Shown one piece after another: positions 55,601-64,000 of a DNA stretch of 64,000 nucleotides. The notes beneath the pieces were generated by a model. The model saw only the letters and a list, made by a program, of their open reading frames with translations. It was not told where the DNA came from and did not search any database. Each line of letters begins with the position of its first letter. The stretch's first letter is position 1. This DNA comes from Octopus vulgaris (Eukaryota), in NCBI GenBank assembly GCA_951406725.2, contig OX597829.1, positions 11,780,001 to 11,844,000 on the forward strand. Reading direction: 5' to 3'. A program made the position numbers and the translations under genes.

Positions 55601-57098
55601 ATCGCTGAAGAAAACCTCCCCGAGAGCTAGTGTGGCTTCAGAGCCAACAGAGGCACAACGGATATGGTGTTCGTCCTCCGCCAACTCCAGGAGAAGTGCT
55701 GAGAACAAAACAGCGGACTCTATGCTACTTTCGTTGACGTTTACAAAAGCATTTGACACAGTGAGCAGGACAGGACTATGGCTCAACCTGGAACGACTTG
55801 GCTGTCCCACCAAGTTTCTACAGATGGTGATCCAGCTGCACGAGAATCAGTGTGGTCAGATCAGACTCAATGCTGGCCTGTCAGAGCCCTTCCCCATTTC
55901 CAACGGCGTGAAGCATGGTTGCGTTCTGGCACCGACTCTCTTCAGCATCTTCTTCAGCATGATGATCAAGCATGCAACTGAAGATATGGAGAATGAGGAT
56001 GGGGTGTATGTTAGGTATCGTATGGATGGCAGTCTCTTCAATCTACGGCGCCTCCAAGCCCACACCAAGACCCAGGAGAGGCTGATCCGAGACCTTCTCT
56101 TCGCAGATGACGTTGTCCTTGTCGCCCACACAGAGCGAGCTCTGCAGCGCATCACATCCTGCTTTGCAGATGCCTCGCAGCTCTTTGGCCTGGAGGTCAG
56201 CCTCAAGAAGACGGAGGTGCTTCACCAACTTACATCCCAAGAAGAATACCGCCCACCCCACATCACTATCTGCGGTACCGAACTCAACTCAACACAGCAG
56301 TTTACATACTTGGGCTGCATCATCTCATCCGATGCAAGGATCGACAAGGAAATTAACAATAGACTTTCTAAGGCAAATAGCTCCTTTGGCAGATTGTACA
56401 AACGTGTTTGGCACAATGGTGACCTGAAGAACAAAGCAAAGATCAGTGTCTACAGGGCCGTGGTTCTCACCACTCTTCTCTATGGCTTAGAATCTTGGAT
56501 CACTTACCACAGTCACATCCGTCTCCTCGAGCGCTTCCACCAGCGATGTCCCCGCACCATCCTCAACATTCACTGGAGTGACATCGTCACAAATATTGAA
56601 GTCTTGGAGCGGGCCGAGATCCCCAGCATTGAAGCCACGCTACTGAAGTACCACCTCCGATGGGCAGGGCATGTCTCCAGAATGGAGAACCATTGCCTTC
56701 CTAAGATTGCCCTGTTTGGCGAACTCTCCACCGGCCACCGAGTAAGAGGGGCTCCGAAGAAGCACTACAAAGACTGCCTCAAGAAGTCTCTAACAGCATG
56801 TCATATTAACCACCAATGCTGGTCAGACCTGGCTGCGGACCGTGATGTCTGGCGCCACACGATCTCCAACGCAGTCAGCAAGTTTGAGGAACAAAGAAGA
56901 GACGCACTTAAAGACAAGAGACGCAGGAGGAAGGCGCGAGCCGCCTCTGACACCACACCGGATGTTACCTTCGTCTGTGGACACTGCTCACGGACCTGCC
57001 TTTCCCATATCGGACTTGTCAGTCATGAGCGTGCATGCACGCGACGTGGACAGCCTTCCTGATCTTCGTTCGCGAAGCCGAGCTATGAATGAATGAAT
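52625..57098 (+). mobile_element. Apparently full-length RTE (BovB-like) LINE
   Basis: ~1.2-kb 5' UTR, a single APE-RT ORF and a (TGAA)n tail, inserted in TA-rich sequence. Confidence 0.92.
53822..57062 (+). pseudogene. RTE ORF (APE, RT, C2H2 finger) with several stops and frameshifts
   Basis: ACWNVRTML, IAALSEVR, VYAPT, LGDINARV, TWMH..SKHWHLLDY, TDH, KASGVDGIP, RGITLLS, GVKHGC.LAP.LF, LLFADD, LRWAGH, CGHCSRTC....GL.SH...C. Confidence 0.92.
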
Positions 57099-57618
57099 TA
57101 TATATATATATTATACTTATATAATATATATAAGTATATATATATATTATATATATTTTATTTATATATATATACTATATATATATATTATATATGCATA
57201 TACTATGTATATATATATATAAATTAGAAAAAACACCTTTTATCAATTCAATAATGAAAAATTAAATTATACCATTTAGAAAAATTACATCTTATAGAAA
57301 GATTAAAAACAAGATAAAACATATAACAATGATTAAGTAATGTGCAAAATAATAAATAAAACGTATATATTTGGTAGAATAACGACACTTGTTTTATGGC
57401 TATATTTAAGAAATGATAATAGTAAAAATAATAGTGGTAGTAGTAAAACCACTTCAATATAAATATACCCACTCTTCAGGTTAAAGATAACAGCAATAAT
57501 AAAATAATTAATTAGATAAAATAATAAATATACGTAAATAATCTTGTAAAATACGAAATATCTTAACAAATATATGATTTTTTTTAAAAATAAGATACAA
57601 TTAATTTAAAATATTTAA

Positions 57619-57681
<63 letters not shown>

Positions 57682-59194
57682 TACAAAATATACATTAAGT
57701 GAAAACTAAATACTATAATTTAAACTATATACATTAAATTAAATTATTTATTTATTTATTTATTAAATAAACATCTAAATAAAATCTTATACTCATTAAG
57801 TGATTTATATTAAAAACCTTAATGTTAAGTAATATATATAATGTTAGTACAAGCTATAAATATTGGAATTAAAAATAGGAAATGGTTCAAATAAATACAC
57901 ACCTATTAGATAAACTAACTATATCATAAATATATATATAGTATCTATAGATTTAATGTGTCTGGGGAGAGTCATTCTCTTTTAGTGCCTTATTATTTAA
58001 CACACTCACCGGTAAACTTTCCACTTTTTTTCTTATTTTTATTTTCTAAAATTTTCTTTGCGTCTTGCAACCTTTTCAATAGTCTTGACTCTGTATATTA
58101 TTTACACTGCGTTATCTTTTGTTTGTTTGTGCGCATGCGTGTGGGTGAGTGCGTGTGTGCCTAAACATGCATGCATGTACATATGTATGTGTGTGTGTGC
58201 TTGCATGTGTATGTATGTATATATGTGTGTGTATGCATATGTATATATGTATGTATGTGTGTGCATCTGTATGTACGTATCCTGCATATTTATGTGCTTG
58301 CCTGTCTGTATTTGTGTATTTTCTATGTATGTGTGTGTGAGCATGTGTTTGTATATGTATGCACCTCTTTCTCCTTGTGTGTGCATATATGTGTGTGTGT
58401 GTGTTATGTAACTATGTACCATGTCTGTTCATATAGTCTATATACCTATCCGTCTATATTGATCTGTTTATTTGTATATCTAAGAGCTTACATACAGAAA
58501 TAAAAAATAAAAAATTTAAAATTTAAAATATATATAAAATATAAATTTTTTTTAATATATAAAAAATATTAAAAAATAACAAAAATATGATTAAAAAAGA
58601 GGTATACACACACTCACACTCACATGCATACATTTATCTACCTAACAGTCCACTAACTATTCTACTCAACCTGTGTAAACTGTGGGTATGGAGGTATGGT
58701 ATTTATTGTGTATATTTCCTATTTAATATTGGGGATGTTTCATTTATAAGGACGTACTACCGCATTTGTCTGAGTGTTGGGTCTTTTGGGTGCTTGGATA
58801 AGATGCGGATGTCAAGTTGACCCAAGTTACCTCCATGGTGGTCTTTGGCATGTTGGTAGAGTATGGAGGACTGTTTTCTGTCGTCATATTGTCTTAGATG
58901 TTCATTTATCCGTTCCGCAATGCTCCCTTTTTTATATTTTTTATATATTTTTTTTAATATTTTTTTTATTACTGTATGTAAGCATTTAGATATATAATAA
59001 ACAGATCAACATACAGACGGATAGGTATATAGACTATATGAACAGACACGTATGGAGACACGGATCCACACATATAAAGATGTACATCCATACATACAAA
59101 CATGGTACATAGTTGCATAAAACACACACACAGACATGCACACACAAGGAGACAGAGGTGCATATATATACAAACACATGCTAACACACACATA

Positions 59195-60468
59195 CGAGGG
59201 ACGTTCAATAAGTAATGCCTCTGACCCACTTGCAGTTGTTTGATCTAGCTGAAATTTTACATGTGCAATCATTTATATCTCTATAGAGTAAGTGGCAAAT
59301 TACAGCTCTGAATTAATTGTGGTTTCTGATTTACAGGTGTTTGAACTGAGTCAAGTGTGAAATGGAGCAGTGATCCGGTTTTTGTATTTGAAAGGACGCA
59401 CACCACGGGAGACTTTTGATGAAATGAAAGTAACTTATGGTGATGATGCCCCATCATATGACCATGTAAAACGCTGGCATCGTGAATTTAAACATGGTCG
59501 AAACTCTGTGGAAACAGCTCCCAGATCTGGTCGCCCCCTTCTGCCATTGATGAGGCATCTGTCCGTCAAGTTGAGGCTGCCATTTTGGAAGATCGACGCA
59601 TAATTATTCGCCAAATAGCCCATGAGGTCAAGATTAGTACCGGGTCTGTGGAAACTATCATTCATGACCATTTGCATATGCAAAAGGTGTCTGCCAGATG
59701 GATTCCCAGGTTACTCACGCCTTTCCAGAAGCAAGAACGCGTCGAGTGCTCGAGGGTGAATTTGGAGATGTGCCAAGAAGATGAGTCAAAATTTTTCAAA
59801 AGACTGATTACACAGGATGAAACCTGGGTCCATCACGATGATCCAGAGACCAAAGCCCAGTCAATGCAGTGGAAGCACCGTGACTCACCCCCTCCAAAGA
59901 AGGCAAGGGTGCAGCCCTCCGCTGGCAAGGTCATGCTCACAGTCTTCTGGGACCAGGACGGAGTAGTGATGACAGATTTCCTGGCAAAGGGTACCACAAT
60001 TACAGGAGCCTATTATGTTTCACTTTTGAGGAAATTAAGAGAAGTTATCAAAATCAAGAGGCGGGGCAAGATCAGCAAAGGCATCCTCCTCCTGCAGGAC
60101 AACGCTCCGCTCCACAACTCGCTTGTCGCCAGATCAGAAGCACAGGCATATGGCTATGAACTCCTCCCCATCCCCCTACTTTCCTGACCTTGCACCCTCT
60201 GATTTTCACCTCTTCCCAATCATGAAGTTGTTTTTGAAAGGAAAGCGTTTCCCAGATGATGCAGCCTTGATTTCTGAAGTCACGTTGAGGTTGGAGGACC
60301 AAGCTGGGTTCTTCTACAAAAACGGTCTCCAGAGCCGCATCAAACGATGGGAGAAATGCGTAACTCTGGGTGGTTCCTATGTAGAAAAAGACTAATAACT
60401 GTGCCAAGTTTCGTTGCTCTACTGCTATGGGAAGTGGGTCAGGGGCATTACTTATTGAACGCCCCTCG
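59195..60468 (+). mobile_element. Complete mariner (DD34D) transposon with a frameshifted transposase
   Basis: TIRs CGAGGGACGTTCAATAAGTAATGCC and GGCATTACTTATTGAACGCCCCTCG; TA TSD; motifs ARWIPRLL, ITQDETW, QDNAPLH, YFPDLAPSDF. Confidence 0.95.
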
Positions 60469-60691
60469 TACATAGAAAATACACAAACACGGAGAGGCAA
60501 GCACATAAATATGCATGATACGTACATACAGATGCACACACATACATACATACATACATATGCATACACACACATATATACATACATACACATGCAAACA
60601 CACACATATGTACATGCATGCATGTATAGGCACACACATACGCACAAACAAACAAAAGGGAACGCAGTGTAAATAACGGACAGAGTTAAAA

Positions 60692-60728
60692 CTATTGAAA
60701 AGTTTGCAAGATGCAACGAAAATTTTAG
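60692..60728 (+). ncRNA. Hammerhead-like motif with U3-A8 core
   Basis: CUA-UUGAAAA-G-UUUGC-AAGAU-GCAAC-GAAA-AU-UU-UAG; inverted copy at 58046-58082. Confidence 0.5.
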
Positions 60729-60910
60729 AAAATAAAAATAAGAAAAAAAAGTGGAATTTCTACCGGTGAGTGTGTTAAATAATAAGGCAGTAAAAGAGAA
60801 TTACTCTCCCCAGACACAACAGAATATGCTTCAACACATGAACTCATATAAAGAATCTTGCAAACCAAATCCAAAAACGAAATATAGATTTAATATTTTA
60901 CTCAATAATA

Positions 60911-61326
60911 GGCGCAGGAGTGGCTGTGTGGTAAGTAGCTTGCTAACCAACCACATGGTTCCGGGTTCAGTCCCACTGCGTGGCACCTTGGGCAAGTGTC
61001 TTCTACTATAGCCTCGGGCCGACCAATGCCTTGTGAGTGGATTTGGTAGACGGAAACTGAAAGAAGCCTGTCGTATATATGTATATATATATATGTATTA
61101 TGTGTGTGTGTTTGTGTGTCTGTGTTTATCTCCCTAGCATTGCTTGACAACCGATGCTGGTGTGTCTACGTCCCCGTCACTTAGCGGTTCGGCAAAAGAG
61201 ACCGATAGAATAAGTACTAGGCTTACAAAGAATAAGTCCCGGGGTCTATTTGCCCGACTAAAGGCGGTGCTCCAGCATGGCCGTAGTCAAATGACTGAAA
61301 TAAGTAAAAGAGTAAAGAGTAAAAGA
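60911..61326 (+). mobile_element. Full-length tRNA-derived SINE (family 1)
   Basis: Near-identical to 34660-35075. Confidence 0.9.
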
Positions 61327-62699
61327 ATATAGTTGACCAAAATATCAATTAATATGAAACTAATTTACTTAAATGTAACACTACGTAATAAATAGACCAC
61401 CTAACTATTAAATAATGTATTATCTTACAAAACTAATTAAATTATATGTAATACGTTAAATCACATTATAAAAATAATAATAAAGCATAATAAATAAATA
61501 GATATACATATCATAATTAATAATTATCAAGAAATTATATATAAAATTAATATTTTAACAACAACAATAATAATAACGATAATAATAATCAAACTTAATA
61601 CAATTCAAAAGTTAAATAATATTGTTAAATAAAAAACGTTACTTAGCTTGTCGATGAAAATAATATAACTGAATTTTAAACGTAAAAATGTAGGTCTTAG
61701 CGTTTATAAGAAATATGGGTATATGGGTGTATTTATGTCTATATGTTAGTTTATGTGGACTACATATTCATAGGTGTGTGGGGGTATATGGATATGTGTA
61801 CAATGGTATAATGGATATGTGTATAACGCGGTCTCTAACGGCTTTTGTGTTTCTTAATTGGCTTATAAACACCTTCCATGCTGCAATTGCTTTCTGTTAA
61901 CTTTCAAATTTTTTAATTCGTCAATTTTTTACCCTTCTTCCAAAATTTTTAATCTCTAATTCTTATTATTTCTTTATTTCTTTGGTTTTTATTATCTTTA
62001 TTTTTTAACTTTAATTTTAAACTTTAAGTTTGATTTCGAAACTTAAACTGGACTTTACCAGTAATCATCAGTTACATAATGTTATTTCCCAAGTACCATG
62101 TTTAGCAATTTCTATCTCTATGTTTTATTATATACATAACTATACTTCCTTTCTACATATATTCTCTTATTACTCACCCGTATTCTTCAATTTAAATAGA
62201 ATTTCAGGTATTTTAAACATTCTAGTTATTGTGTTTCTCTAAAGATAACTTGATATGCATATTCACATTAGGATTTTTCACAAAATTCTGATATATTGTT
62301 TTACTGCTTTAGTGACGAATTGTTTTGATTCCTCTTGATTATATTCATTCTTTTCTTTCTTTTCATTCAATTCCGTCCCATTTCGTTTACATTATATAGA
62401 CACAACTGTGAACCTTTTCTCTTCTGATAGTAATCACATGACCTTTAATCATTTCCCCATCTTTCAGTATGTTTACGCAATTTTCCTTACTAATGTATTC
62501 TTAGATCTTCCCAATACTGCTGAGATTATTATTTCTTTTACCATTAGTAAAAAAACTGATTTCATTGATTTTTTGCTCCTAAAGATAAATTTCTTACTGA
62601 CATGAAATTTTCTTCAATCCTACGATTATTATGAACAATTCTCGATATCGGCTGTTTCTTATTCTATATTATGAAATCATTGGCAATATTTCTTCAGAT

Positions 62700-62865
62700 A
62701 GTGAGCTGGCGGAATCGTTAGCACGCCGGGTAAAGTGCTTAGCGGCATTTCGACCATCTTTACGTTCTGAGTTCAAATTCCGCCGTGGTCAACTTTGCCT
62801 TTCATCTTTTCGGAGTTGACAAAATAAGTACCAATTGATCACTGGGGTCGCTGTAATCGACTTAA
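62700..62865 (+). mobile_element. SINE (family 2)
   Basis: A-box-like TGGCGGAATCG and B-box-like GAGTTCAAATTCC; homologous to 572-760. Confidence 0.7.
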
Positions 62866-63037
62866 TTTGAAACCAACATTTCTTCGGATGGGTCTAAAAG
62901 TTAACCTATAAACCTGTCAGCTGATAAATTCAATTATTTCAAAGAACTAGATTCATGTATTCACTTTCCTTTCTTATTCACTCATATTTTATAACTAGAA
63001 ATCTTAACATACGTTGTCAAATACCTGCGATTTCATT

Positions 63038-63270
63038 ATTTACATTTGACGGATATTAGTCCTCATCTTGTTGTCTTGGGGAAATTTCAAAAAATACCTT
63101 AGGAATGAGAACCCAGGTTCAAAATTTCCCCAAGACACCTGATGAAGGCTGGAGAGTGTATCAGCCGAAACGTTGTGTTAACAACAAACAAGATGAGGAC
63201 AAATATCTGTCAATTGTAAATAATGTAAATAATGTACATAATTCCTCATCTCTTAAATATAGAACTGTAT
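63038..63270 (+). mobile_element. 233-bp fold-back insert with an intact hammerhead and a 16-bp TSD
   Basis: TSD TACCTGCGATTTCATT at 63022-63037 and 63271-63286; inverted arms; HHR at 63134-63179. Confidence 0.85.
63134..63179 (+). ncRNA. Canonical type I minimal hammerhead ribozyme
   Basis: GACAC-CUGAUGA-A-GGCUG-GAGAGUGUAU-CAGCC-GAAA-CG-UU-GUGUU; all core nucleotides present. Confidence 0.85.
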
Positions 63271-63317
63271 TACCTGCGATTTCATTTGTATTTATTCTAT
63301 TATCTTTTACTTATTAC

Positions 63318-63495
63318 TCGTTTCAGTCAGTGGATCGCGACCATGCTTAAGCACCGCCTTGAAGGCTTGACTCGAACAAATCGACCCCAGTCCTTTATTT
63401 TTAAAGCCTGGTACTTGTTCTATCGGCGTCTTGCCGAGCCGCTAATTTACTGGGACATAAACAAACGAACACCTGTTGTCAAGCATTGGCAGACA
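63318..63495 (-). mobile_element. SINE family 1 variant, 3' part
   Basis: tttcagtca..cgcgaccatgct..agcaccgcctt..atcgacccc..ggtactt.ttctatcgg. Confidence 0.7.
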
Positions 63496-63559
63496 TGCGC
63501 GCGCGCACATAGGTGTCTCAATATAGACCATCATGAGAATATCGCATGGCTGTAATGGT

Positions 63560-64000
63560 CACACTTTTGATAAATTTACGAAAAATCTCAGTCAATTAGG
63601 CCTCAAAATCACTGTTACTACTAATCTGTCTAAAGTTGATTTTTTAGATGTTTCCCTAGATTTATAAGCCATATCAAAAGCCAATACATACATAAACAGT
63701 CCTGTCAACCCCTATAGTCTTTAAAGCTTTGATAACTAACATTAGTAATAGGCTATTTGATAAGGCATCCTCCTACTATAATAATTCCCTAGCTAACAGC
63801 GACTTCAATGATAAAATATACTACAACTCTTTAAGCAAAAATATGGATCATAATTTTTTTTAACAAATCATTTAAAAAGAAGAATGACATTGGGTTATAT
63901 GTGAGCGAATTGAAGAGACGTTATGCAAACCACTTATCTTCTTTCCGACACATCAATAAAAGCAATGCAACTAAGTTGGCTAGCCACGTATGGTATTTGA
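63560..64000 (+). pseudogene. Decayed Penelope-like RT/GIY-YIG fragments
   Basis: GLKITVTTNLSKVDFLDVSLDL, YYNNSLANS, KRRYANHLSSFRH..KSNATKLASHVW. Confidence 0.75.

Larger units (their letters stand above)
57958..60882 (+). mobile_element. PLE-derived fold-back element with ~550-bp inverted arms and a 12-bp TSD, interrupted by a mariner
   Basis: 57958-58500 is the reverse complement of 58972-59194 plus 60469-60816; TSD TATAGATTTAAT at 57946-57957 and 60883-60894. Confidence 0.85.

Overview
AT-rich eukaryotic DNA, very dense in microsatellites and made almost entirely of transposable elements. The repeat content suggests an octopod cephalopod, which is an inference. No host gene can be supported. 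It contains several degenerate R4/Dong-type LINE fragments, a hAT (Buster/Charlie-like) element with TIRs and an 8-bp TSD, and two Tx1/L1-clade LINEs sitting at (GATA)n/(GA)n repeats. It also has an apparently full-length BovB-like RTE LINE, a 5'-inverted RTE fragment, a complete but frameshifted mariner, a Tc1 fragment, a probable solo LTR, many tRNA-derived SINEs and many Penelope-like element (PLE) pieces. The most interesting signals are RNA structures read by eye. First, about a dozen minimal hammerhead ribozyme (HHR) motifs lie in PLE-derived fold-back inserts, including a family with a covariant U3-A8 core. Second, a conserved four-way-junction RNA motif marks the 5' end of the RTE LINE and recurs, diverged and inverted, at the 5' end of another RTE insertion. 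It is a candidate uncharacterised ribozyme or cis-element. None of these folds were computed or tested.
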